A DNA stretch of 64,000 nt from Eledone cirrhosa (GCA_964016885.1 OZ024761.1:930001-994000), one strand, 5' to 3'. Positions 48,250 through 61,473 are shown, numbered from the stretch's first letter. A program made the numbers and translations. The notes: a model not told the origin generated them from the letters alone.

Positions 48250-51200
48250 GGTAGATTGGTGGTGTAATGGAGGTGTGTTGGGGTTCTAGTATTGTTATGG
48301 TAGATTGGTGGTGTAGTGGAGGTGTGTTGGGGTTCTAGTATTGTTGTGGTAGATTGGTGGTGTAGTGGAGGTGTGTTGGGGTTCTAGTATTGTTGTGGTA
48401 GATTGGTGGTGTAGTGGAGGTGTGTTGGGGTTCTAGTAGTGTTGTGGTAGATTGGTGGTGTAATGGAGGTGTGTTGGGGTTCTAGTATTGTTGTGGTAGA
48501 TTGGTGGTGTAGTGGAGGTGTGTTGGGGTTCTAGTATTGTTGTGGTAGATTGGTGGTGTAGTGGAGGTGTGTTGGCGTTCTAGTAGTGTTGTGGTAGATT
48601 GGTGGTGTAATGGAGGTGTGTTGGGGTTCTAGTAGTGTTGTGGTAGATTGGTGGTGTAGTGGAGGTGTGTTGGGGTTCTAGTAGTGTTGTGGTAGATTGG
48701 TGGTGTAGTGGAGGTGTGTTGGGGTTCTAGTAGTGTTGTGGTAGATTGGTGGTGTAGTGGAGGTGTGTTGGTGTTCTAGTTGTGTTATGGTAGATTGGTG
48801 GTGTAGTGGAGGTGTGTTGGGGTTCTAGTAGTGTTATGGTAGATTGGTGGTGTAGTGGAGGTGTGTTGGGGTTCTAGTAGTGTTGTGGTAGATTGGTGGT
48901 GTAGTGGAGGTGTGTTGGTGTTCTAGTTGTGTTATGGTAGATTGGTGGTGTAGTGGAGGTGTGTTGGGGTTCTAGTAGTGTTGTGGTAGATTGGTGGTGT
49001 AGTGGAGGTGTGTTGGGGTTCTAGTAGTGTTGTGGTAGATTGGTGGTGTAGTGGAGGTGTGTTGGGGTTCTAGTAGTGTTATGGTAGATTGGTGGTGTAG
49101 TGGAGGTGTGTTGGGGTTCTAGTAGTGTTGTGGTAGATTGGTGGTGTAATGGAGGTGTGTTGGGGTTCTAGTATTGTTGTGGTAGATTGGTGGTGTAGTG
49201 GAGGTGTGTTGGGGTTCTAGTAGTGTTGTGGTAGATTGGTGGTGTAGTGGAGGTGTGTTGGCGTTCTAGTAGTGTTGTGGTAGATTGGTGGTGTAATGGA
49301 GGTGTGTTGGGGTTCTAGTATTGTTGTGGTAGATTGGTGGTGTAGTGGAGGTGTGTTGGGGTTCTAGTAGTGTTGTGGTAGATTGGTGGTGTAATGGAGG
49401 TGTGTTGGGGTTCTAGTATTGTTGTGGTAGATTGGTGGTGTAGTGGAGGTGTGTTGGGGTTCTAGTATTGTTGTGGTAGATTGGTGGTGTAGTGGAGGTG
49501 TGTTGGCGTTCTAGTAGTGTTGTGGTAGATTGGTGGTGTAATGGAGGTGTGTTGGGGTTCTAGTAGTGTTGTGGTAGATTGGTGGTGTAGTGGAGGTGTG
49601 TTGGGGTTCTAGTAGTGTTGTGGTAGATTGGTGGTGTAGTGGAGGTGTGTTGGGGTTCTAGTAGTGTTGTGGTAGATTGGTGGTGTAGTGGAGGTGTGTT
49701 GGTGTTCTAGTTGTGTTATGGTAGATTGGTGGTGTAGTGGAGGTGTGTTGGGGTTCTAGTAGTGTTATGGTAGATTGGTGGTGTAGTGGAGGTGTGTTGG
49801 GGTTCTAGTAGTGTTGTGGTAGATTGGTGGTGTAGTGGAGGTGTGTTGGTGTTCTAGTTGTGTTATGGTAGATTGGTGGTGTAGTGGAGGTGTGTTGGGG
49901 TTCTAGTAGTGTTGTGGTAGATTGGTGGTGTAGTGGAGGTGTGTTGGGGTTCTAGTAGTGTTGTGGTAGATTGGTGGTGTAGTGGAGGTGTGTTGGGGTT
50001 CTAGTAGTGTTATGGTAGATTGGTGGTGTAGTGGAGGTGTGTTGGGGTTCTAGTAGTGTTGTGGTAGATTGGTGGTGTAGTGGAGGTGTGTTGGTGTTCT
50101 AGTTGTGTTATGGTAGATTGGTGGTGTAGTGGAGGTGTGTTGGGGTTCTAGTAGTGTTGTGGTAGATTGGTGGTGTAGTGGAGGTGTGTTGGGGTTCTAG
50201 TAGTGTTGTGGTAGATTGGTGGTGTAGTGGAGGTGTGTTGGGGTTCTAGTAATGTTGTGGTAGATTGGTGGTGTAGTGGAGGTGTGTTGGGGTTCTAGTA
50301 TTGTTGTGGTAGATTGGTGGTGTAGTGGAGGCGTGTTGGGGTTCTAGTAGTGTTGTGGTAGATTGGTGGTGTAGTGGAGGTGTGTTGGGGTTCTAGTAAT
50401 GTTGTGGTAGATTGGTGGTGTAGTGGAGGTGTGTTGGGGTTCTAGTAGTGTTGTGATAGATTGGTGGTGTAGTGGAGGTGTGTTGGGGTTCTAGTATTGT
50501 TGTGGTAGATTGGTGGTGTAGTGGAGGTGTGTTGGGGTTCTAGTAGTGTTGTGATAGATTGGTGGTGTAGTGGAGGTGTGTTGGGGTTCTAGTATTGTTG
50601 TGGTAGATTGGTGGTGTAGTGGAGGTGTGTTGGGGTTCTAGTAGTGTTATGGTAGATTGGTGGTGTAGTGGAGGTGTGTTGGGGTTCTAGTAATGTTGTG
50701 GTAGATTGGTGGTGTAGTGGAGGTGTGTTGGGGTTCTAGTAGTGTTATGGTAGATTGGTGGTGTAGTGGAGGTGTGTTGGGGTTCTAGTAGTGTTGTGGT
50801 AGATTGGTGGTGTAGTGGAGGTGTGTTGGGGTTCTAGTAGTGTTATGGTAGATTGGTGGTGTAGTGGAGGTGTGTTGGGGTTCTAGTAGTGTTGTGGTAG
50901 ATTGGTGGTGTAGTGGAGGTGTGTTGAGGTTCTAGTAGTGTTGTGGTAGATTGGTGTAGTGGAGGCGTGTAGGGGTTCTAGTAGTGTTATGGTAGATTGG
51001 TGGTGTAGTGGAGGTGTGTTGGGGTTCTAGTAGTGTTGTGGTAGATTGGTGGTGTAGTGGAGGTGTGTTGGGGTTCTAGTAGTGTTGTGGTAGATTGGTG
51101 GTGTAGTGGAGGTGTGTTGGGGTTCTAGTTGTGTTATGGTAGATTGGTGGTGTAGTGGAGGTGTGTTGGGGTTCTAGTAGTGTTGTGGTAGATTGGTGGT

Positions 51201-54200
51201 GTAGTGGAGGCGTGTTGGGGTTCTAGTAGTGTTATGGTAGATTGGTGGTGTAGTGGAGGTGTGTTGGGGTTCTAGTAGTGTTATGGTAGATTGGTGGTGT
51301 AGTGGAGGTGTGTTGGGGTTCTAGTAGTGTTGTGGTAGATTGGTGGTGTAGTGGGTGTGTTGGGGTTCTAGTTGTGTTATGGTAGATTGGTGGTGTAGTG
51401 GAGGTGTGTTGGGGTTCTAGTAGTGTTGTGGTAGATTGGTGGTGTAGTGGAGGTGTGTTGGGGTTCTAGTTGTGTTATGGTAGATTGGTGGTGTAGTGGA
51501 GGTGTGTTGGGGTTCTAGTTGTGTTATGGTAGATTGGTGGTGTAGTGGAGGTGTGTTGGGGTTCTAGTAGTGTTATGGTAGATTGGTGGTGTAGTGGAGG
51601 TGTGTTGGGGTTCTAGTAGTGTTGTGGTAGATTGGTGGTGTAGTGGAGGTGTGTTGGGGTTCTAGTTGTGTTATGGTAGATTGGTGGTGTAGTGGAGGTG
51701 TGTTGGGGTTCTAGTTGTGTTATGGTAGATTGGTGGTGTAGTGGAGGTGTGTTGGGGTTCTAGTAGTGTTGTGGTAGATTGGTGGTGTAGTGGACGTGTG
51801 TGGGGTTCTAGTAGTGTTGTGGTAGATTGGTGGTGTAGTGGAGGTGTGTTGGGGTTCTAGTAGTGTTGTGGTAGATTGGTGGTGTAGTGGACGTGTGTTG
51901 GGGTTCTAGTAGTGTTGTGGTAGATTGGTGGTGTAGTGGAGGTGTGTTGGGGTTCTAGTATTGTTGTGGTAGATTGGTGGTGTAGTGGAGGTGTGTTGGG
52001 GTTCTAGTATTGTTGTGATAGATTGGTGGTGTAGTGGAGGTGTGTTGGGGTTCTAGTAGTGTTGTGGTAGATTGGTGGTGTAGTGGAGGTGTGTTGGGGT
52101 TCTAGTATTGTTGTGGTAGATTGGTGGTGTAGTGGAGGTGTGTTGGGGTTCTAGTAGTGTTATGGTAGATTGGTGGTGTAGTGGAGGTGTGTTGGGGTTC
52201 TAGTAGTGTTATGGTAGATTGTTGGTGTAGTGGAGGTGTGTTGGGGTTCTAGTATTGTTGTGGTAGATTGGTGGTGTAGTGGAGGCGTGTTGGGGTTCTA
52301 GTAGTGTTGTGGTAGATTGGTGGTGTAGTGGAGGCGTGTTGGGGTTCTAGTAGTGTTATGGTAGATTGGTGGTGTAGTGGAGGTGTGTTGGGGTTCTAGT
52401 ATTGTTGTGGTAGATTGGTGGTGTAGTGGAGGCGTGTTGGGGTTCTAGTAGTGTTGTGGTAGATTGGTGGTGTAGTGGAGGTGTGTTGGGGTTCTAGTAT
52501 TGTTGTGGTAGATTGGTGGTGTAGTGGAGGCGTGTTGGGGTTCTAGTAGTGTTGTGGTAGATTGGTGGTGTAGTGGAGGCGTGTTGGGGTTCTAGTAGTG
52601 TTATGGTAGATTGGTGGTGTAGTGGAGGTGTGTTGGGGTTCTAGTAGTGTTGTGGTAGATTGGTGGTGTAGTGGAGGTGTGTTGGGGTTCTAGTAGTGTT
52701 GTGGTAGATTGGTGGTGTAGTGGAGGTGTGTTGGGGTTCTAGTAGTGTTGTGGTAGATTGGTGGTGTAGTGGAGGTGTGTTGGGGTTCTAGTTGTGTTAT
52801 GGTAGATTGGTGGTGTAGTGGAGGTGTGTTGGGGTTCTAGTAGTGTTGTGGTAGATTGGTGGTGTAGTGGACGTGTGTTGGGGTTCTAGTAGTGTTGTGG
52901 TAGATTGGTGGTGTAGTGGAGGTGTGTTGGGGTTCTAGTTGTGTTATGGTAGATTGGTGGTGTAGTGGAGGTGTGTTGGGGTTCTAGTATTGTTGTGGTA
53001 GATTGGTGGTGTAGTGGAGGTGTGTTGGGGTTCTAGTATTGTTGTGGTAGATTGGTGGTGTAGTGGAGGTGTGTTGGGGTTCTAGTTGTGTTATGGTAGA
53101 TTGGTGGTGTAGTGGAGGTGTGTTGGGGTTCTAGTAGTGTTGTGATAGATTGGTGGTGTAGTGGAGGTGTGTTGGGGTTCTAGTATTGTTGTGGTAGATT
53201 GGTGGTGTAGTGGAGGCGTGTTGGGGTTCTAGTAGTGTTGTGGTAGATTGGTGGTGTAGTGGAGGTGTGTTGGGGTTCTAGTAGTGTTATGGTAGATTGG
53301 TGGTGTAGTGGAGGTGTGTTGGGGTTCTAGTTGTGTTATGGTAGATTGGTGGTGTAGTGGAGGCGTGTTGGGGTTCTAGTATTGTTGTGGTAGATTGGTG
53401 GTGTAGTGGAGGTGTGTTGGGGTTCTAGTATTGTTGTGGTAGATTGGTGGTGTAGTGGAGGTGTGTTGGGGTTCTAGTATTGTTGTGGTAGATTGGTGGT
53501 GTAGTGGAGGTGTGTTGGGGTTCTAGTATTGTTGTGGTAGATTGGTGGTGTAGTGGAGGTGTGTTGGGGTTCTAGTTGTGTTGTGGTAGATTGGTGGTGT
53601 AGTGGAGGTGTGTTGGGGTTCTAGTAGTGTTGTGGTAGATTGGTGGTGTAGTGGAGGTGTGTTGGGGTTCTAGTTGTGTTATGGTAGATTGGTGGTGTAG
53701 TGGCGGTGTGTTGGGGTTCTAGTAGTGTTGTGGTAGATTGGTGGTGTAGTGGAGGTGTGTTGGGGTTCTAGTAGTGTTGTGGTAGATTGGTGGTGTAGTG
53801 GAGGTGTGTTGGGGTTCTAGTATTGTTGTGGTAGATTGGTGGTGTAGTGGACGTGTGTTGGGGTTCTAGTAGTGTTATGGTAGATTGGTGGTGTAGTGGA
53901 GGTGTGTTGGGGTTCTAGTAGTGTTGTGGTAGATTGGTGGTGTAGTGGAGGTGTGTTGAGGTTCTAGTAGTGTTGTGGTAGATTGGTGTAGTGGAGGTGT
54001 GTTGGGGTTCTAGTAGTGTTGTGGTAGATTGGTGGTGTAGTGGAGGTGTGTTGGGGTTCTAGTAGTGTTGTGGTAGATTGGTGGTGTAGTGGAGGTGTGT
54101 TGGGGTTCTAGTAGTGTTGTGGTAGATTGGTGGTGTAGTGGAGGTGTGTTGGGGTTCTAGTAGTGTTGTGGTAGATTGGTGGTGTAGTGGACGTGTGTTG

Positions 54201-55215
54201 GGGTTCTAGTAGTGTTATGGTAGATTGGTGGTGTAGTGGAGGTGTGTTGGGGTTCTAGTATTGTTGTGGTAGATTGGTGGTGTAGTGGAGGTGTGTTGGG
54301 GTTCTAGTAGTGTTATGGTAGATTGGTGGTGTAGTGGAGGCGTGTTGGGGTTCTAGTAGTGTTGTGGTAGATTGGTGGTGTAGTGGACGTGTGTTGGGGT
54401 TCTAGTAGTGTTATGGTAGATTGGTGGTGTAGTGGAGGTGTGTTGGGGTTCTAGTAGTGTTGTGGTAGATTGGTGGTGTAGTGGAGGTGTGTTGGGGTTC
54501 TAGTAGTGTTATGGTAGATTGGTGGTGTAGTGGAGGCGTGTTGGGGTTCTAGTAGTGTTGTGGTAGATTGGTGGTGTAGTGGACGTGTGTTGGGGTTCTA
54601 GTATTGTTGTGGTAGATTGGTGGTGTAGTGGAGGTGTGTTGGGGTTCTAGTAATGTTGTGGTAGATTGGTGGTGTAGTGGAGGTGTGTTGGGGTTCTAGT
54701 AGTGTTGTGGTAGATTGGTGGTGTAGTGGACGTGTGTTGGGGTTCTAGTAGTGTTATGGTAGATTGGTGGTGTAGTGGAGGTGTGTTGGGGTTCTAGTAG
54801 TGTTGTGGTAGATTGGTGGTGTAGTGGAGGTGTGTTGGGGTTCTAGTAGTGTTGTGGTAGATTGGTGGTGTAGTGGACGTGTGTTGGGGTTCTAGTAGTG
54901 TTATGGTAGATTGGTGGTGTAGTGGAGGCGTGTTGGGGTTCTAGTAGTGTTGTGGTAGATTGGTGGTGTAGTGGACGTGTGTTGGGGTTCTAGTATTGTT
55001 GTGGTAGATTGGTGGTGTAGTGGAGGTGTGTTGGGGTTCTAGTAGTGTTGTGGTAGATTGGTGGTGTAGTGGAGGTGTGTTGGGGTTCTAGTAGTGTTGT
55101 GGTAGATTGGTGGTGTAGTGGAGGCGTGTTGGGGTTCTAGTAGTGTTGTGGTAGATTGGTGGTGTAGTGGAGGTGTGTTGGGGTTCTAGTAGTGTTGTGG
55201 TAGATTGGTGGTGTA
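48250..55215. repeat. 49-bp minisatellite, ~142 copies
   Basis: Unit GTAGATTGGTGGTGTAGTGGAGGTGTGTTGGGGTTCTAGTAGTGTTGTG; period checked at 48301/48350. Flanked by 37-bp units (48100-48250) and 21-bp units (55216-55450). Confidence 0.97.
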
Positions 55216-56965
55216 GTGGAGGTGTGTTGTGGTGTAGTGGAGGTGTGTTGTGGTGTAGTGGAGATGTGTTGTAGTGTCGTGGAGGTGTGTTGTAGTGTCG
55301 TGGAGGTGTGTTGTAGTGTCGTGGAGGTGTGTTGTGGTGTAGTGGAGGTGTGTTGTGGTGTAGTGGAGGTGTGTTGTAGTGTCGTGGAGGTGTGTTGTAG
55401 TGTCGTGGAGGTGTGTTGTGGTGTAGTGGAGGTGTGTTGTGGTGTAGTAGTGTTCAAGTGAGAGTAATGGAGTGGTGTAGATTATAGCAGAGCTGTGATG
55501 TAGTGGAGTGGTGGTGGTTTAGAGTATTGTAGAGCTCTGATGTAGTGGAGTGGAGATGTAGAGATGTGATGTAGGGGAGTATTGGTGTTGTGGAGTAGTG
55601 GAGTGCTGGTGGAGTGTTTTACGGTAGAGTGGTGTAGTGGTGGTGTTGTAGTGAAGTGAAGCAGTGTTGGTGTAGTGTAGTGTTGTGATGTAGTGTAGTG
55701 GTGTAGAGTTTGTGCCAGAGTGAGGATGCTGTGTGTGATGGTGGTGGTGGTGGTGGTGGTGGTGGTGGTGGTGGTACGGTGTTTATGTGAGGGTTAGGGT
55801 GCCGTGTGTGCATGATGGTAGTGGTGTGGGTGTAGCGATGTGGGTGTGATGGTGAGGGTGCTCTGTGTCTGTGGTGGTAGTGATGGTGCGGTGTTAGGGT
55901 GAGGGTGCTGTGTGTGATAGTGGTGTGGTGTTTGTGTAACGATGAGGATGCTGTGTGATGGTGGTGGTGGTGCGGTATATGTGTGGTGGTGAGGGGTCTG
56001 TCTCTGTGGTGTAATGATACTGAGTGTGTATGTGTATGGTGGAGCGATGTGAGAATGCTGTCTGTCTGTGTGTATATGATGTTTTAATAAGTGTGATGAG
56101 ACTGTGTGCGTGATGGTAGTACTGGTGATTGTATGAATGTAATAGTGCTGTCTGTGTGTGTGTGTGGCGTTTCAGTGTGTAAATGTTATAGTATAGTGTG
56201 ATATCTCAGTCAGTGTATGTATATGTGTGATGTTTGAATGAATGTAATGAGACTATGTGTGTGATGGTAGTGGTGGTGATTGTATAAATGTAATAGTGTG
56301 TGTGTGTTTGTGTGTGTGTGTGGTGTTTCAGTGTGTAAATGTTATAGTAGTGTGGTATCTCAGTCACTGTAATGTTGCTGTGTGTGTGTGTGTGAGCCTG
56401 TGAGGTGTGGTGTTTCAGTTAGTGTACTAGTAGCTCTATAGTAGTATAGTATACTACGCTGTGCTGTGCTGTGACGTATAAGAGTAACGAAGCGAAGGTG
56501 TGGAGTGGAATGGCGAGTGTAGTGTAGTGGAATGGTTACTGTGTGTTACTTACTCGTTGAGTGTAGAAGTGAGTGAAAGCATGAGTGTGTATACGAGTGT
56601 AGACGACCATGAATGAATATCTATCATTACCAGCAATAAAAATATTAACAATAATAAAAAATATTTCTTTTTAGTTTGCCACACGGGCATCGGATAAAAT
56701 CGACAGTATAAAGACGAGTCACATTAAGATGAGGGTTTATATAGAAATGAGAAAAGGGGGGTAGCCTGTATACATAGTATATATACATGTATATTTCCTG
56801 GTAATTTCTTCTTGCAGATATATATATGTATATATAATATATATTATTTCAGTGGAATATAATTCTGGATGGATACAATATTTTGTATACATGTTTGTCT
56901 GTATAGAATGTATGTATATATGTTTATGTAATGTGTATGTACGTATGTGTATATACACACACCTA

Positions 56966-57013
<48 letters not shown>

Positions 57014-57127
57014 TACAGATTAAAGTTTAAGCAAAGAATCGCTGCTTTCACCCTTAACGGGATCTTATATATAATCCTTATCGAGCCCTCTTCGAATTTT
57101 AGTCTTCACATTTATCATTACTATATA

Positions 57128-57161
<34 letters not shown>

Positions 57162-57369
57162 TAGATAGATAGATAGATATAGCGAGAGAGAGAGAGAGAG
57201 TGAGAGAGAGTGAGAGAGAGAGTGGCAAAGACCCTTAAAGGCGGAAAAAGGTTGCCATCAAAAAGCTGTCATCGGTCGCTACAAGGAATCGAACCCCCGT
57301 ATCTCCCAGATGTATGTATAAATATACAAGTTGGGTATAAATATACAGTATATAATCATATATAATAAT

Positions 57370-57645
57370 AATTGTTTCTACTTTTGGCACAAGGCCAGCA
57401 AATACCCAGTACATTACTGGTACTTTATTTTATCGATATAATAATAATGATGAATAATAGTCACGATTATCTTTATTAATCGGTAAAGATACCAAGACCC
57501 TCTCAGGAATAGAGATCAACTTTGCCTTTCAACCCTTCCGAGGTCGATGGCCGATAAAATAAAGTACCGGTTATGTACTGGTTCGTTATAATCGACTTTC
57601 ATTTCCATTCCTCCTCCTCAAATTGCTGGCCTTGTGCCGAATTAG
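57370..57645. mobile_element. Two partial SINE copies in inverted orientation
   Basis: 57370-57436 (-) and 57516-57645 (+) share CGATAAAATAAAGTACC and TTGCTGGCCTTGTGCC. Confidence 0.8.
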
Positions 57646-57743
57646 AGAAAATAAAAAAAAAAATGTAAAGAGATAAATGAGAGGAAGAGAAAAAAAACAT
57701 GGAGCGACCAAGAATAAGAATATATGGGGAAAAAATGACTTAC

Positions 57744-58039
57744 TTGAAGTTCTGCTCTCTCCACCTCCCACTGAGAACGTTCCATTTCGAATCTTGCCCA
57801 TTCCGTTTGTAAGAAATGTAAAATCCCCGGCATAGAATACTGAGGCCGTTGGCTCGATTCATCAGCTTGTTGTTTGGTAACCATTCCAGCAGCACCAAGT
57901 CCACCAACAACACCACTACTACTACTACTACTACAACCACCAACACCAACACCACTGTAGCTACTACTACTACTACTGCTGTTGTTGTTGTTGTTGTGGA
58001 CGGCGGAAAAGATGACTGGACTAGCGCTACCGCCGTTGA

Positions 58040-58070
<31 letters not shown>

Positions 58071-58229
58071 ACTGCTGCTGCTGATGTTGCTGCTGTTGTT
58101 GTTGTTGTTGTTAATGATGAGACTACTACCACCTCCTACTACCTGGCCACCACCACCAACATCAATAATACTACCACTGCTGCTGCTTCCTTCTCCTCCG
58201 TGTTGTGATCCGAGGCCGTCTTCAATCAT
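57744..58229 (-). CDS. STRN: Striatin-family (STRN/STRN3/STRN4, Cka-like) first coding exon, STRIPAK/PP2A B''' subunit
   Basis: Translation ends ...QYSMPGILHFLQTEWARFEMERSQWEVERAELQ, the conserved striatin caveolin-binding/coiled-coil start. It is followed by a perfect GTAAGT donor (57743-57738), phase 0, 162 codons. The N-terminus is poly-G/S/N low complexity. Paralogue cannot be assigned. Confidence 0.95.
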
Positions 58230-58249
58230 TTTACCATGACCGCCGCCAT
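58226..58249 (-). promoter_or_regulatory. uORF MAAVMVK* whose stop overlaps the striatin ATG
   Basis: Minus strand reads ATG GCG GCG GTC ATG GTA AAA TGA. The TGA overlaps the main start as ATGA. Both upstream ATGs have G at -3 and +4. Confidence 0.55.
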
Positions 58250-58311
58250 TGCACTGGCTTTGCTTTCCTATCCTTCCTGCTACTTAACTCTCGGGCAGCT
58301 TTACTTCACGA

Positions 58312-58319
58312 TGACGTCA
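58312..58319. promoter_or_regulatory. Palindromic CRE (TGACGTCA) in putative striatin promoter
   Basis: Exact full CRE 83-90 bp upstream of the ATG, in a locally CpG-retaining stretch, with a GGAAG ETS-like core nearby (~58273-58277). Confidence 0.6.
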
Positions 58320-58956
58320 CTATCTCTCTATGTGCGTGTGCTTAGTGTGTTCGTTTAGCTATATATATACATATATATATGTATATAAAACATATATATA
58401 GTTACTGTACATGTGTTTGTGTGTATGTGTTGTTATAGTATTTCGTGACTCTGCATGTCTACCTCTTCTCTCTATATCTCTCTCTATATCTCTCTCTCTT
58501 TCTGTTTGTCTGTGTACGCGCGCTTACGTATGTCAGTGTGTGTGTGCGCGCGCGCGTATACACTCATAGGATATGTATTTATGACTGTAGTTGTCTCCCC
58601 CTTAGTTTCTCCCACTCGCTTTGTATTTCCCCTGTTTCCTTTTCTCTTCTCTCTTTCTCTTTATATATATATATATATATGTCTGCTTACGATTGTGTAG
58701 TTGTCTCCCCCTGCCTGTGTCTCTCTGTCACTTTCTTTCTTTCTCTTTTTGCGTATGCATGTATGTGTATACGTTGTAATAAAGATGTTTATGACTGAAG
58801 TTGTCTCCCCCTGTTTCTCTCTCTCCCCCCTCTCTCTCTCGCTCTCTCTCAAACTCTCTTTTAATCTTTATCTTTCTTTCTTGCGTTAGTATATATGTAT
58901 GTGTGTGCGCGTGCGTATTCGTAGTTATATAAGATTATGTGCTTGTAACTATAGTT

Positions 58957-58990
<34 letters not shown>

Positions 58991-59034
58991 AATGAAAAGT
59001 ATAGAAATTATTGTAGCAAGAAGCCAACAGTATT

Positions 59035-59082
<48 letters not shown>

Positions 59083-59538
59083 TTATTTATATATTTATTT
59101 ATTTATATATATCTTTGTGTCTGTACGTATGTGCACTAATGTGTGTATGTGCGTGAGCGCGTATGTGTGTAATATAGGATATGTATCTCTGACTATGTAG
59201 TTATCTCCCCGTTTCTCTCAGTGTGTATGTGTGTGCGCGTTTCGTTTAGTTGTTTAGCCCTAGGCCTGCTCAGGTTAAACAAGCCTCTGCTCAGAAGGCG
59301 TTCCCACACGACCATTCAGTCATTTTGTATATCAGAAACTACATTTTTTTTCAATGTGTCCTATTTTTTTTAAGACACCTGGGCATATTTAGGAGAAATT
59401 CTACTGCTATTTCTAGCTGATTGAATGACTGAACAAAAGCTTCCTAATTTGTCTCTCGTTTTCTTTCTTTGTATGCCTTTAAAACAAAATAATTCTACCT
59501 GTACCGTTGGTTATTTATTTACTATAGATAGATGTCTT

Positions 59539-59673
<135 letters not shown>

Positions 59674-59704
59674 CAAATTGTTAACAAATGAAAAATATTC
59701 GCAT

Positions 59705-59875
59705 AATCAAAATATATACTTTATTATATATATTTCAAAGGTACTGTGGTGTTTTTTTCAGTACGTCCTCATCAGACAAAATATATGAAATTCATATATT
59801 TTGTCTGATGAGGACGTACTGAAAAAAGCAGCACAGTACCTTTGAAATATATATAATAAAGTATATATTTTGATT
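59705..59875. ncRNA. Head-to-head inverted pair of hammerhead ribozymes (family C): + 59797-59863, - 59717-59783
   Basis: 85-bp-arm palindrome centred on 59790. Each arm reads tattttgt CTGATGA ...gtactg/cagtac... GAA ATATATAT A ataaagta. Confidence 0.75.
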
Positions 59876-60059
59876 CCTCAAATTGTCTTTTCACCACCCA
59901 CCCCCTCATTCTCTATGTAGTGTATATATGTTGAACTATTTCTGTTTATATCCTATTTCTTTCCTGTATATTTGTATGTGAACGCAGTATGTGATTACAA
60001 ATTTATATATATATGTGTAAATATATTTATATAAATGTGTATGTGTACGTATATATATA

Positions 60060-60133
<74 letters not shown>

Positions 60134-60545
60134 TTGCGTATGCTCTTGTAGCTTTGTGAATGTGTGTCACACTTGTAGCTGTTTGTGTATGTGTGAGTTA
60201 AACTAGATGACTTTATCAGTGTGTATGTGTATGTGTGTATGTGCGTATTTGATTCAAACTATGTATATATATCAAAATGTGTGTATTATGCAAAATCTTG
60301 ATGTATATATATATATAAAGAGAGAGAGAAATCGATAGATATAGATTGGGTTCTGATCAAGTGATCTTCGTATTCCTCAAATGAGAAAGAACTCAATATA
60401 GAGGGAGTAAATATAAATGTGACTGTAAACGAATGTATGTGAATGTAGGTAAATGAAAATATAACAGAACCTGGAACTACGTTCTTAGAAATTGTGACCG
60501 TAGACGTAATTGCGGATGTGTGAGAGAGAGAGAGAGAAAGAAAGA

Positions 60546-60594
<49 letters not shown>

Positions 60595-61369
60595 AGCGTA
60601 TGTGTATGCCAATCCAAAGATTGCGTATAAATGTCAATCTGTGTGTATTTGTGTATAAAAGACAGAATCTACTTATACAACCTGCAATATGTCACCTGCT
60701 AGAAATAGCAGCCAAATCTCCCTCACTATCTCAATAGAAATAACAGCGTACCCTGCCCTACCATCATAAAAAAGGGGAAGGACACATATTAAGTTGTATG
60801 GTCTGTAATAATCCCAAGAAAAACTAAAGGCAGGGTGGTCTCTGATAATGTTTTTTTTCTGGATTAGGGCTCACTTGGGGACTGAACATCAACAACAGTG
60901 CGCGCGCGCGTGGCGACTCAACAGGGGGCCTCTATGTGGTCACTCGACGTGCTAGAAACAGCAGCCAATTTCCCTCAAATAATACCTTGTCGATTTAGAA
61001 AAATAAAAGAGACACACATTGATTAATCTCTAGTTCTAGATACCTACATAGAAATAAATATGGATAAAATGTTTGAATGTCTTGGATCATGGATAGGTTT
61101 GACCTAGTGCTAAAAGAAAATAACCGTGTGTATCTGTGTGTGACAATGTAAATGTCATTATATGTATGTATGTGTGAGCTAATGTCAATTTCCATATTTC
61201 ACTAACCTTTGTGCGTATTTAGTATTGTTTGTATATATATGAGTTGAGTTTGAATTATTTTTCCCACATCTTAAGTTAACTATTTTTCCCATTTTGACGC
61301 TCTAGTCACATATATTATGGAATACTGTTGGCTTTTTGCTACAATATTTTCTATACCTTTCATTTATAC

Positions 61370-61403
<34 letters not shown>

Positions 61404-61425
61404 AAATCTATATCTCTCTATATAA

Positions 61426-61473
<48 letters not shown>

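Noticed and set aside
48250-55215. CRISPR-like array or mucin-like CDS
   Set aside because: No unique spacers and no cas genes; the 49-bp period is not a multiple of 3 and units contain stops.
55785-55905. TTAGGG telomere-like motifs
   Set aside because: Isolated hexamers in GT-rich low-complexity DNA, not an array.
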